This document shows positions 48,654-58,323 of a stretch of DNA of 64,000 bases, piece after piece. Location of the stretch: assembly GCA_040767085.1 (NCBI GenBank), contig JAXGPF010000007.1, positions 192,001-256,000 of the forward strand, given 5' to 3'. How positions within the stretch are numbered: the stretch's first letter is position 1; each line of letters starts with the position of its first letter. The translations under genes and the position numbers were made by a program. The DNA is from Kiritimatiellia bacterium. Its GTDB lineage: Bacteria > Verrucomicrobiota > Kiritimatiellia > JAAZAB01. The notes under the pieces are model-generated. The model did no database searches and was not told the DNA's origin. It was given only the letters and a program-made list of their open reading frames with translations.

Positions 48654-49693
48654 GACGCGTTGCGGCTGCCGCAATCGCCGGCTTGCCGCTGAATGGTCAT
48701 GAAATCCAGCAACTCGCGGGCAGAACAGCCGGCGGTGCCCAGTTTGCCCACCACCACCCCCGCGGCGCAATTGGCCAATTCCGCCGCGCGCACATGGTCG
48801 GCGCCCGCCGCCAAGGCCAGCAGCAGCGCGGCGATCACCGTGTCGCCGGCGCCGCTGACGTCAAAGACTTCGCGCGCCACCGTCGGAATATGCCGCGCTG
48901 GGCCACGGCGGTCCAGCAGCAGCATGCCCTGCGCGCCGAGGGTAATCACCAGGAAGCGCGGCTGCCACTGCCGCATCAGGATACCGGCCACTTCCAGCAG
49001 CGGCCGGTCCCGCAACGGATCGGCGGCAGGCGGCCGTTCGGGGATGCGGGCCAGCAGAAACGCTTCCTTGCGATTGGGCGTAGCGGCGGTCAGCCCGTCC
49101 AGCCGCAAATCGGCATTGTCTTTCGGATCCATGGCCACCGGAATCTGCCGACGGCGCGCCGCGTCCAGCAGAGCATTCATCAATTCCTGGCGGACGGCGC
49201 CCTTGGAATAGTCTTCCACGATGATGCCGTCGGCTGTTTCCGCCAGGCCGGCGGCCAGCCGGCAGAAACGCCGCATGATGACGGCGGTCAGCCGGCCATC
49301 GCCGTCCCAGTCAATCCGCGCTACCTGCTGGCGCTCGGCCAATACGCGCGTTTTGACGGTCGTGCGCCGGGACGGCGCCCGCACCACTCCCGCGGCGGAA
49401 ACTTTTTCCTGCCGCAGCACTTTGAGGAGGGCCCGGCCGGCCGGATCGCACCCTACCACCCCGCTTAAAATCGCCTGCCCGCCCAGGGTTTGCACATTGC
49501 GCGCCACATTGGCCGCCCCGCCCGGGACGTCGCGTTCGTCGTTGACCCGCACCACCGGCACCGGCGCCTCGGGCGAAATACGACTGACCGACCCGTAAAT
49601 GTAGCGGTCCAGCATTAAGTCGCCTACCACCAGGATGCGGCAGCGTTGAAACCGCTTGATCAACCTGCCGGCCCACTGTCCGCGGGTATGCAT
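48641..49693 (-). CDS. hldA: D-glycero-beta-D-manno-heptose-7-phosphate kinase (RfaE domain I)
   Basis: GDLMLDRY, RISPEAPVPV, GGAANVA, DYSKG, EVFDVSGAGDTV. Confidence 0.93.
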   Translation of the reverse strand: MHTRGQWAGRLIKRFQRCRILVVGDLMLDRYIYGSVSRISPEAPVPVVRVNDERDVPGGAANVARNVQTLGGQAILSGVVGCDPAGRALLKVLRQEKVSAAGVVRAPSRRTTVKTRVLAERQQVARIDWDGDGRLTAVIMRRFCRLAAGLAETADGIIVEDYSKGAVRQELMNALLDAARRRQIPVAMDPKDNADLRLDGLTAATPNRKEAFLLARIPERPPAADPLRDRPLLEVAGILMRQWQPRFLVITLGAQGMLLLDRRGPARHIPTVAREVFDVSGAGDTVIAALLLALAAGADHVRAAELANCAAGVVVGKLGTAGCSARELLDFMTIQRQAGDCGSRNASVKR

Positions 49694-50616
49694 TAATTTT
49701 CCTCCCTCTCCCCTTGGGCCACCGCCGGCGGCCGCCAGCGGTCCTGGCCCGGACCTTCCACCCGCTGCAGCATCACCCGCACCGTGCCCACGGGGACCTT
49801 CGCCGTAGCCATGGTGCAGAGGCAGCGCTGATCGTCGGAAATCCAGACCCGCAGCCGCCCGGCTTTGATAAACACGCCTTTAAACTTGGCGTCCGGCTCG
49901 ACCAGCAGGCTGCGGACGGAGCCGTATTCCGGCAATTTGACATTCTCGTACTGGCGCGTTTGCACAACCAGGTCGTACAACTTCTCATTCGCCATTACCC
50001 GGCCGGACAGCGCGCTGTCCGGCTGCCAGGCATGGCGGCGCATATAATACATGTAACTCATCATATCGCGGGTGTCTGCCTCAATCGGGAACTCTGCCTC
50101 GGAATTCTCGCGCAGCAGATGCTTCCAGTGCGCCCGGAGCGCGCCATGATCGAAGGTGGTTACCTCGTGCAGGCGGTAGCGGCCCTCGCTCAAGCGCCGG
50201 GTAAACCGCAGCGGCAGGAAGGTCAGGGGATCGACAACGCTTTCCAGGAAATCGTCCACGGGGAAGATTTTTTCCAGAACGGACACGGTCTGGATGCGGG
50301 CGCGGATGGCCAGCAGGATCCGACCGTCTTCCTCGATCCACTCGTTCCAGATGCGCGCATCCCCGACATGCAGAAAGCCCCAATGGACCGAGTACACCAG
50401 GATTTCCCCCGCGGGGAATGAGAATTCAGGCCGGGCTGCGACTGCCGCGGCGGCGGCTGTCGCCGGCGCGTCGCTCTGCGCCCGGACGGGCGGATCGGCG
50501 GGAAACTCCGCCGGCGGCGGAATGGTTTCCGTTTGCGCTCCGGCCAGGGCGGCGCAGCACAGACTCCCTGCCAACCCCGCGGCCCATGACCGCCGCCGCA
50601 TTAATTTATGGCGCAT
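49693..50616 (-). CDS. DUF3108 domain exported protein
   Basis: Signal peptide; GEILVYSVHWG, VWISDDQRCL..KVPVG. Confidence 0.8.
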   Translation of the reverse strand: MRHKLMRRRSWAAGLAGSLCCAALAGAQTETIPPPAEFPADPPVRAQSDAPATAAAAAVAARPEFSFPAGEILVYSVHWGFLHVGDARIWNEWIEEDGRILLAIRARIQTVSVLEKIFPVDDFLESVVDPLTFLPLRFTRRLSEGRYRLHEVTTFDHGALRAHWKHLLRENSEAEFPIEADTRDMMSYMYYMRRHAWQPDSALSGRVMANEKLYDLVVQTRQYENVKLPEYGSVRSLLVEPDAKFKGVFIKAGRLRVWISDDQRCLCTMATAKVPVGTVRVMLQRVEGPGQDRWRPPAVAQGEREEN

Positions 50617-50631
50617 AAACCTCCGGCTTGT

Positions 50632-51453
50632 TCATTGTTCCAATTCCGCCGCGCGCCGACAGGCGGCGTCCAGCGCCGCGCCGACCACCGCCGTAAATTC
50701 ACGATCCTCCAGCACCCGCAAAGCCGCGGCCGTCGTGCCGCCGCGCGAGGTTACCCGCGCGCGCAATTCCGCCGGCGGCAGGCCGGTTTCCCGGAGCATG
50801 CGCCCGGCGCCCTCCATCGTTGCCGCTGTTAATGCGGCCGCGGCCCGGAGCGGCAGCCCCAACCGTTCCCCGGCCTGCGCCATGGCCTCGGCCAGGTAAA
50901 AGACATAGGCCGGCCCGCTGCCGCTGAGCGCGGTCACGGCATTCAAATGCCGCTCCTCCATTTCCAGCGCCAGGCCGGCGGCGGCGAAAAGGCGGCGCGC
51001 CAGCTCGGCGTCGGCCGGTGTCGCGCGGGCGCCCCGGCAGAAAGCCGTAGCGCCGGCGCCCACCAGCGCCGGCATATTCGGCATCGCCCGCACCAGCCGC
51101 GGACGCTCCCCCAACCCCTCCGCCAGGCGGCGCAGCGACACGCCGGCGGCAATGCTGATCGCCAGGTGGCGCGGCTCCATGGCGCCGCGGATTTCCGCCA
51201 GCACCCCCGGCAGCGCCTGCGGCTTGACCGCCAGGATCACCACGTCGGCCGCGCGCACGGCCGCCAGGTTGTCCGGCGCCGATCCCACCCCGTAGGTTCC
51301 CCGAAAATGCGCCAGGCGGCCGGCATCCACGTCCGCCATCGCCACCCGTTCCGGGCAACTGACGCCGGCGCGGATCAACCCGCGCACCAGCGCTTCCGCC
51401 ATGTTGCCGGCGCCGATGAAAGCCAGCCGCTCCGGGATTTGATTGTCTTGCAT
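50632..51453 (-). CDS. proC: pyrroline-5-carboxylate reductase
   Basis: FIGAGNMA, LAVKPQ, RAMPN, TALSGSGPAY, VTSRGGTT. Confidence 0.97.
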   Translation of the reverse strand: MQDNQIPERLAFIGAGNMAEALVRGLIRAGVSCPERVAMADVDAGRLAHFRGTYGVGSAPDNLAAVRAADVVILAVKPQALPGVLAEIRGAMEPRHLAISIAAGVSLRRLAEGLGERPRLVRAMPNMPALVGAGATAFCRGARATPADAELARRLFAAAGLALEMEERHLNAVTALSGSGPAYVFYLAEAMAQAGERLGLPLRAAAALTAATMEGAGRMLRETGLPPAELRARVTSRGGTTAAALRVLEDREFTAVVGAALDAACRRAAELEQ

Positions 51454-51468
51454 GATCAGCCTCTCCTC

Positions 51469-52203
51469 TCAAGCACCGGCCGACGCGCCGGCGGAGTCAT
51501 CCGGCGGGCGCTTCCAGACCGCTTCGCGGCGGCCGAACAGCACCGTGCCCAGCCGGACCAGCGTGGCGCCTTCCTCAACTGCCGCCTCAAAATCCTGCGA
51601 CATGCCCATGGATAATTCCGGGAGCGCGAACCCGGCGGCGACGCGCGCCGCATCGCGCAATTCCCGCAGCCGGCGGAAATACGGCCGGACCGCTTCCGGG
51701 TCGGGCGCCGGCGGCGGAATGCACATCAATCCCGCGATCTCCACGCGGCGCATCCGCTCGGCCGCGCGCAACAACGGGATGACCATGTCCGGCGCCAGGC
51801 CGAACTTGGTGGCTTCACCGGCCACGTTGACTTCCAGGCAGACCGGCAGGGTGCGGCCCGCCAGGCCGGCGGCTTCGTCCAGCGCCGCCAGCAACTTCAA
51901 CGAATCCACCGAATGGATCATTTCAAACAAACGCGCCGCCGCGCGGGCCTTGTTGGTCTGCAAATGGCCGACCAGGTGCCAGACCGCGCGCGCCGGACAA
52001 AGCGGCATCTTGGCCTGCGCTTCCTGCACCCGGTTCTCGCCAAACAGCGTCAACCCGCAATCGCAGGCGGCGCGCACCATTTCCGGCCCGTGCGTTTTCG
52101 AAACCGCGACCACGCGCACCGACGCCGGATCGCGCCCAGCGCGGCGGCAGGCTTGTTCGATCCGCCCGGCGACGGACGCCCAGCGTGCTCCGATTGAATC
52201 CAT
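51469..52203 (-). CDS. yggS: PLP homeostasis protein
   Basis: VAVSKT, FGENRVQE, GHLQTNK, LSMGMSQDF, VRLGT. Confidence 0.96.
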   Translation of the reverse strand: MDSIGARWASVAGRIEQACRRAGRDPASVRVVAVSKTHGPEMVRAACDCGLTLFGENRVQEAQAKMPLCPARAVWHLVGHLQTNKARAAARLFEMIHSVDSLKLLAALDEAAGLAGRTLPVCLEVNVAGEATKFGLAPDMVIPLLRAAERMRRVEIAGLMCIPPPAPDPEAVRPYFRRLRELRDAARVAAGFALPELSMGMSQDFEAAVEEGATLVRLGTVLFGRREAVWKRPPDDSAGASAGA

Positions 52204-52310
52204 ACCCGGTCACATCCCCCGGCGGCCGGCGCATGTTTCATCCGCCGGCCAACGGCCAAAGCTTGCAAAAAAATTCAAGTTTAATAATATCACAAACCTG
52301 GAAATAAACC

Positions 52311-53138
52311 ATGAAAAAACACGCCTGGCGCATTAATTCCACCGCGGCCGTTTCGCTGCAGGATTTCCTGGCGGAACGCCTGCAGCTTTCCCGCAACCGG
52401 GCCAAGGGATTGATTGACGCCCGCATGGTGTTCGTCAACGGACGCCGCGTCTGGATGGCCCGCCACCGGCTCCGTTCCGGCGACCTGGTGGAAACCGCGG
52501 CGGCCGGCCCGCTCCCGCCGCCGGCGGCGCCGGCGATTCTTTATGACGCCCGCGGCCTGCTGGCGGTGGACAAACCCCCCGGCATCCTCAGCAACGGCCC
52601 CCGCAGCCTGGAAGAACTGCTGCGGGGAACCCTCGCCCGCCCCGGCCTGCAGGCGCTGCACCGGCTGGACCGCGACACCACCGGCTGCCTGCTGTTCACC
52701 GACGATCCCATCCTGCGGGAAACGGTTATCCGGCTTTTCGCCGAACACCGGGTTATCAAGGTTTACCATGCCATCGTCGGCGCGCGCCCCGGCTTCCAAA
52801 CCCGGTCCATTACCCTGCCCGTGGACGGACAGGCGGCCTGCACGAATTTGCGTGTGCTGGATGCCGGTCCGCAATGCGCCCACCTGCAGCTTTCCATTGC
52901 CACCGGCCGGACGCACCAGATTCGCCGCCACCTGGAAGCTTTACGCCTGCCCCTGCTCGGCGAGCGCGTTTACAATGCCGGCCGGCGCCTGACCGAAAGG
53001 GAGATGCGCGTGCCCCGCCAGATGCTGCACGCGCGCCGTCTGGTGCTGACACTGCCCGGCGCCGGCGCGCCGCTGCAGATTGAAGCGCCTCTACCGGCGG
53101 ATTTCCGCGGCACCCTGCGGGCGTTTCATCTGCGTTGA
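52311..53138 (+). CDS. RluA/RluD family pseudouridine synthase with S4 domain
   Basis: DKPPG, HRLDRDTTG, TGRTHQIR, QMLHA. Confidence 0.93.
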   Translation: MKKHAWRINSTAAVSLQDFLAERLQLSRNRAKGLIDARMVFVNGRRVWMARHRLRSGDLVETAAAGPLPPPAAPAILYDARGLLAVDKPPGILSNGPRSLEELLRGTLARPGLQALHRLDRDTTGCLLFTDDPILRETVIRLFAEHRVIKVYHAIVGARPGFQTRSITLPVDGQAACTNLRVLDAGPQCAHLQLSIATGRTHQIRRHLEALRLPLLGERVYNAGRRLTEREMRVPRQMLHARRLVLTLPGAGAPLQIEAPLPADFRGTLRAFHLR

Positions 53139-53272
53139 GCCAATGCCGGAAGGCTGCCTTATCCGCCCGGCTGACCGCAAATTCGCCGATTTGCTGAAGT
53201 TTAATTTTGTGCTTGTGGATCGGTCCGCCCCGGGTATATTCGGAGAAATCAATCAAGCATTCGGAGGGAATC

Positions 53273-54517
53273 ATGCAAAAACAAGCGTTATATTCTTTAG
53301 GCTGCGGCGACCGTTTCGCCCGGGAAGGCGAAGCTCAACTGGCGGCCTACATCCAGGCCCGGCAACACGGCATCGCCGTCCGTCCGGTCTGGAACAAGTC
53401 CAACCGGGAACACCAGACCGTCCATACCCGCCCGGAATCCGTGCGCCGGGAAGCGGATGCCGCCGTGGCCGCGCTCAACTGGCGGGACGGATATTACGTG
53501 GATGCCGACCATATTTCGCTGGCCAACGTGGACGGGTTTATCGAATATTGCGATTTCTTCACGCTCGATGTCGCGGAAAACATCGGCGCGGCGTCCGCGG
53601 CGGCAGACCTGGACGCTTTCATGGACGCTATTCAGCCGGCGCTCGGAGAAATTGTTTTGCCCGGCCTGGAGATGAAATTGCGGCTGGAAGCGCGCGCCGC
53701 CCGGGAAATCGCCGGGCAATACCTGGCAGCCGTCCGGGAAGCCGGTCGGATTTACCGCCATATCCGCGAGCGCAAGCCCGGCCGGTTTGCCGTGGAAATC
53801 TCGATGGATGAGACCCGGGCGCCGCAGACGCCGCCGGAACTGTTCTGCATCCTGGCGATGATCGCGCGGGAAAATATTCCGGCGGACACCCTGGCGCCAA
53901 AATTCAGCGGCCGGTTCAATAAGGGCGTGGATTACGCCGGCGATCCCGCGCAATTCGAAAAGGAATTCGCCCAGGATGTCGCCGTGCTGAAATACGCCGT
54001 CCGGCATTTTGGCCTCCAGCCGGGGCTGCGCCTGAGCGTGCATTCCGGCAGCGATAAATTCGCCATATACCCGGCGATGAACCGGATCATCAAACAAGCG
54101 GGCGCCGGCCTGCACGTCAAAACCGCCGGCACGACCTGGCTGGAGGAAGTCATCGGCCTGGCCGAAGCGGGCGGAAGCGGCCTGCAGATCGCCAAGCAGG
54201 TTTACGCCGCCGCGCACGGCCGCTACGACGAACTGGCCGCGCCATACGCGGCGGTCATAGACATCCATCCGGAGCAACTGCCGCCCGTGGCCGCGGTCAA
54301 CGCCTGGACCAGCGCCCAATTTGTGCGCGCGCTGCGCCACGACCAAGCCTGCCCGGACTACAATCCCGGCTTCCGGCAGCTGATCCATGTCGCCTACAAG
54401 GTCGCCTACGAACTCGGGGAGGCCTTTACCGGCGCCCTGGAAGAACACCGCGCCGCGGTTGCGCGCAATGTCACCTTGAACCTCTGGGAACGCCATATCC
54501 GGCCGATCTTCGGGTAA
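53273..54517 (+). CDS. uxaE: tagaturonate/fructuronate epimerase
   Basis: GCGDRF, VDADH, EISMDET, APKF, HSGSDKF, HVKTAGT; GGAGG RBS before ATG 53273. Confidence 0.85.
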   Translation: MQKQALYSLGCGDRFAREGEAQLAAYIQARQHGIAVRPVWNKSNREHQTVHTRPESVRREADAAVAALNWRDGYYVDADHISLANVDGFIEYCDFFTLDVAENIGAASAAADLDAFMDAIQPALGEIVLPGLEMKLRLEARAAREIAGQYLAAVREAGRIYRHIRERKPGRFAVEISMDETRAPQTPPELFCILAMIARENIPADTLAPKFSGRFNKGVDYAGDPAQFEKEFAQDVAVLKYAVRHFGLQPGLRLSVHSGSDKFAIYPAMNRIIKQAGAGLHVKTAGTTWLEEVIGLAEAGGSGLQIAKQVYAAAHGRYDELAAPYAAVIDIHPEQLPPVAAVNAWTSAQFVRALRHDQACPDYNPGFRQLIHVAYKVAYELGEAFTGALEEHRAAVARNVTLNLWERHIRPIFG

Positions 54518-54563
54518 TCGGATATTGGCTTAGTCGGGAGGCGCAAGCGCAAATCCGGCGATG

Positions 54564-55244
54564 TCAATCTTCCGATGCGGGCGGCTGGGCGGAGGGGCAC
54601 AGCGCGCGCGCCTGGCAACGGCTGCATTCCGGCCGCCGTGCGCGGCAGACATAGCGCCCGTGAAACACCAGCACGTGGTTCACCAGGGGCCAGTCGCGTT
54701 TGGGAAACAGCCGCAGGAGATCCTGTTCAATTTTGTCCGGATCGGTTTCCGCCGTCCATCCCAGCCGGCGGGACACCCGGCGCACATGCGTATCCACGGC
54801 AATGCCGGCGGCCAGCCCGAAGGCATTGCTTAAAATAACATTGGCCGTTTTGCGTCCCACGCCCGGCAACCGCAACAAGTCCTCCATCCGGTCCGGCACA
54901 CGGCCCTGGTGGCGTTCCAGTAGCAAGGCCATGGATTCCCGGATAAAACGCGCTTTTTGACGGAAAAACCCCAGGGGCCGCAGGTAGCGCTCCAGTTCGC
55001 CCGGCGCGGCGCCCGGGTAGTCCTCAGGGCGGGGAAACCGCCGGAACAATTCCGGCGTCACTTCGTTCACCCGGCGGTCGGTGCATTGCGCCGAGAGAAT
55101 AACCGCGACGAGCAATTCCTCGGGGTTGCGATGCCGCAACTCGATCGCGGCGCCGGGATGCTGGCGCCGCAGCCGGCGCCAGACCGCGCGCACCCTGGCA
55201 GGCGCAGCGGGCAGCCCGCGAAACGTGGTGGATGCGGGAGACAT
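54564..55244 (-). CDS. nth: endonuclease III
   Basis: ILSAQCTD, LPGVGRKTANV, VDTHV, C-terminal 4-Cys cluster. Confidence 0.95.
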   Translation of the reverse strand: MSPASTTFRGLPAAPARVRAVWRRLRRQHPGAAIELRHRNPEELLVAVILSAQCTDRRVNEVTPELFRRFPRPEDYPGAAPGELERYLRPLGFFRQKARFIRESMALLLERHQGRVPDRMEDLLRLPGVGRKTANVILSNAFGLAAGIAVDTHVRRVSRRLGWTAETDPDKIEQDLLRLFPKRDWPLVNHVLVFHGRYVCRARRPECSRCQARALCPSAQPPASED

Positions 55245-55287
55245 GGGTATAAGGCGCGGGCGGATGCCGTCGCCGCTCGGACGCGGA

Positions 55288-55512
55288 TCAACGCTGGCGG
55301 AAAGTGATCCGGCCCTTGGTCAGATCGTACGGAGAGATTTCCACGGTGACCTTGTCGCCGGTGGAAATCTTGATGAAATTCTTGCGCATCTTGCCGGAAA
55401 TATGCGCCAGAATCTCGGACCCATTGCCCAGGCGCACACGGTACATGGTGGCCGGCAACACCTTGGCCACCACGCCCTCGACCCTGATAACATCCTCTTT
55501 CTCAGACGACAT
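55288..55512 (-). CDS. infA: translation initiation factor IF-1
   Basis: [25 protein letters not shown]. Confidence 0.97.
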   Translation of the reverse strand: MSSEKEDVIRVEGVVAKVLPATMYRVRLGNGSEILAHISGKMRKNFIKISTGDKVTVEISPYDLTKGRITFRQR

Positions 55513-55573
55513 ATAACCTCATAACCGGCGCGGCTGCGTTGAACAAATCCGCATTAATGCACAAACTCTTTTA

Positions 55574-55602
55574 TTTATACACGCCCGCGCCCATGCTGGC
55601 AA
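55574..55602 (-). promoter_or_regulatory. candidate sigma70 promoter for infA-nth
   Basis: TTGCCA-17 nt-TATAAA on minus strand. Confidence 0.55.
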
Positions 55603-55627
55603 TGATTTTTTGTTGAAAGACGGCAAT

Positions 55628-56431
55628 TTATAAAAAGCAGCCGGCGGCCAAGGCTGCTAAATGCCGGCAGGCAGCCTCCAGGCATCGACGGATTTCCGCC
55701 GTGCCGGGGAGCACCTCGGCCAGGCGTTCCAGGCAGCCGCGCTCGCGCAGGCGGCGCGCCGCCGCGGGATAATTAATGTCATAGGCCCAGGAGACCTGCA
55801 TCAGAAAAAAATCGGCCAGGGAATGCACATTCCGGAAGGAAACCGTCCGCCGCGCCTGCAAGTCGGCCAGTGCGGCAGGATGCGGCGGACCGTCCAGGTC
55901 AACGTCATGCAGTATTTCCGGCTGTGCGCGGAAGGCGCCGCTCTGCCAGGCTTCGTAAAGCACGCGGTAGATATCCAGCTTGTCGGCATCGCGCACCAGG
56001 CGCAGGCAGGCCATGGCGCGCGGCGCAGCGAGTTCCGGGAGCGCCGGAATCTCGCGGGCATTATGGTAACGGACGGCTGTTAAAATGATTGCCGCCTCGG
56101 GCGGCGGCAAATCCGACAGCAGCCCTGTTTCCGCGGCCACGCGCGCGCCGCAGGCGCCATGATCCACCGACTGGGCGTCGCGGAAAGTGCCGAACCGCGC
56201 ATATTGTTCAAACCGGCCGATATCGTGCAGCAGGCCCAGCCCGGCGGCCAGCGCGACGCCGCCGGCATCCCAACCCGCGTCGCCGGCCAGCAGCCGCATG
56301 TCATCGGCCACGCGCCGGCTGTGGTCCAGTTTCAATTGCAGCATCGGCGGCAGCCGTCCGCCGGGGCCGGCAAACCCCTGCTGGTACCGCTCGAATCGCC
56401 GATGAATCAATTGCAAATCTTCCTGGCGCAT
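55628..56431 (-). CDS. HD domain phosphohydrolase
   Basis: KLDHSRRV, LLHDIGRFEQ, SVDHG, YHN, RDADKLDI; start uncertain. Confidence 0.88.
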   Translation of the reverse strand: MRQEDLQLIHRRFERYQQGFAGPGGRLPPMLQLKLDHSRRVADDMRLLAGDAGWDAGGVALAAGLGLLHDIGRFEQYARFGTFRDAQSVDHGACGARVAAETGLLSDLPPPEAAIILTAVRYHNAREIPALPELAAPRAMACLRLVRDADKLDIYRVLYEAWQSGAFRAQPEILHDVDLDGPPHPAALADLQARRTVSFRNVHSLADFFLMQVSWAYDINYPAAARRLRERGCLERLAEVLPGTAEIRRCLEAACRHLAALAAGCFL

Positions 56432-56490
56432 TCCGCTCCGCATTGCATCATTGTTAATTGTTAAAAAACAACTGCCGCCGGGCAGTGCGT

Positions 56491-57330
56491 TCAAGTTGCG
56501 GCGCCCGCCAGCACGGCAAACTCTGCCCGCGCCGCCGGCTCATCGATGGTTTCCGCCAACAGCACCAGTTCCGTCTGGCCGTCATAATCCCGGAGTTCCG
56601 CGACTTGCAGGACGCCGGCCGCGGCCTGGACGGCCAGCGCCGGAGCCCCGGCCAGGCGCACATAGCCTTTCATCCGCCACAACCGGGGGGCCCAGGCGTA
56701 TAAAAATTTTTCCGCCGCATCGCGCGACGCCGGCCGGCCGGAGCGCAGGACCAGGGCCGTGGATGGCGGGCGGCCGGCGGGATCAATGCCGGCATGTTCA
56801 ACGGCGCGGCGCCGTGCCACCGGCTCAGCGGAAAATTCACGGAATGCATGTCCTACATCCACGCCGCAATACCGGGCGGTTTCCACCGCCGCCAGCGGGT
56901 TCAGTTCCCGCACGCGCCGGCGAATCAGTTCCAGCGCTTCCGCTCCGGCCTGTTCGGAGTGGTTGATGATGACGGTATCGGCCACGCGCACCTGATGGCG
57001 CACGCAACGCACCGCATCCGCCATACGTGTAAAATTTCTCGCATCCGCCACGCACCAGCTATGGCGCAGGCATATCCGCCCCCGCAATTCCGGCGCCGCC
57101 AGCATTTGGACGATGGAAAGCGGGTCTGCCAGGCCGGTGGCCTCCAGGATGACCGCGTCCATCGGCTGCCGGCGCAGCATGACGGCCAGGCCTTGCCGGA
57201 ATTCCGCCAGGCGGCAGACGCAAAAGACCGAGCCGCCCTGGACCTCGATCATTTCGAAAGGCAGGCCGGTCGCCCGCAACTCGCGGCCATCCACGCCGCT
57301 TGCGGCGAATTCATTCTGGACAACCAGGAC
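56491..57330 (-). pseudogene. CobW/COG0523 GTPase, 3' part (transposon-disrupted)
   Basis: LVVQNEF, GSVFCVC, LEATGLADP, QVRVAD, RMKG; P-loop lies at 61070-61180. Confidence 0.9.
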
Positions 57331-57483
57331 TGAGAGCGATCACAAAAAATGATGGATGATTTGTCGTGATAATTGATGGATATGTGTTTGGCCTGGCTTG
57401 TTTAATGAGAGCCTATTCGCTTTTTAATTGGGCGTGACGTGTAGGCGCCCCGTCTTTACTTGTCGTGTTTAAGTGTTGTTGCT

Positions 57484-58314
57484 TTATTGGGATTTTTGCG
57501 TTGATATGGCACGGATATTGAACACATCGAAGAAGAGTTTTTCATCAATTTGGTCGAGTTCACGTTGTAATGCGGCGGCCAAGAGGTCGTTGGCCATGTT
57601 CATTAAAGACCGGTAATTTCCGGCGGCATGTTCGCAAAGCGCGGCGATTACGGGGTCTGAAAGCAATCTGGTGTTGCCGGCCTGTTTTAGCTGATGGTTG
57701 AGGCATTCGCGTAGTTGTTGAGGGGTGGCGGGGTCACAGGGCAGCCGGCAGCGGATACGGCTGGCCATTGGCAACAGGTCGTCGCTGCGCAGTTTGTTAA
57801 CCAGTCTTTCATCCCCGGCGAGCACCACGGTGAGGATGCTACGCGAGTCGAGTTCGGCGCTTGCCAGCATGCGCAGTTCACCCAGTGTTCCCGGCGTCAT
57901 GAGTTGGGCTTCATCGATGAGGAGGACGGGGCGGTAGAGCGAGGCGTCAATATGGGTCAGCCATTTTTGACGCAACGCCTTGGCGCCGCCCCAACGGTTG
58001 CTTGGCGTCAGCGTAGTTGCGAACAGATCGCCCATTTCGCGGTAGAAGTCGGCCACGGATGCTTGTGGTCGGGTGATGATGCCGACGGTGATATCCGGGA
58101 TGCCGCGCAGCCGGTCGGCCAGAATACGCAGCGCCACGCTTTTGCCGGATCCGGGCGAGCCGGTAACCAACGCGAAGCCGCCTTCGCCGACCTGATTTTC
58201 AATCCGCCAGCAAAAATGTTCGACGGCCGGCGTCCTGAATAGTGCGGCGGTCGGCACTTCCTGGCAGAACGGGTTGTACTTCAGGCTGTATAGCGCAAGT
58301 AGTTTTTTACTCAT
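57484..58314 (-). CDS. ExeA/GspA-like AAA+ ATPase (transposition helper)
   Basis: YSLKYNPF, GSPGSGKS Walker A, LLIDEAQ Walker B. Confidence 0.92.
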   Translation of the reverse strand: MSKKLLALYSLKYNPFCQEVPTAALFRTPAVEHFCWRIENQVGEGGFALVTGSPGSGKSVALRILADRLRGIPDITVGIITRPQASVADFYREMGDLFATTLTPSNRWGGAKALRQKWLTHIDASLYRPVLLIDEAQLMTPGTLGELRMLASAELDSRSILTVVLAGDERLVNKLRSDDLLPMASRIRCRLPCDPATPQQLRECLNHQLKQAGNTRLLSDPVIAALCEHAAGNYRSLMNMANDLLAAALQRELDQIDEKLFFDVFNIRAISTQKSQ

Positions 58315-58323
58315 GATGTTTGA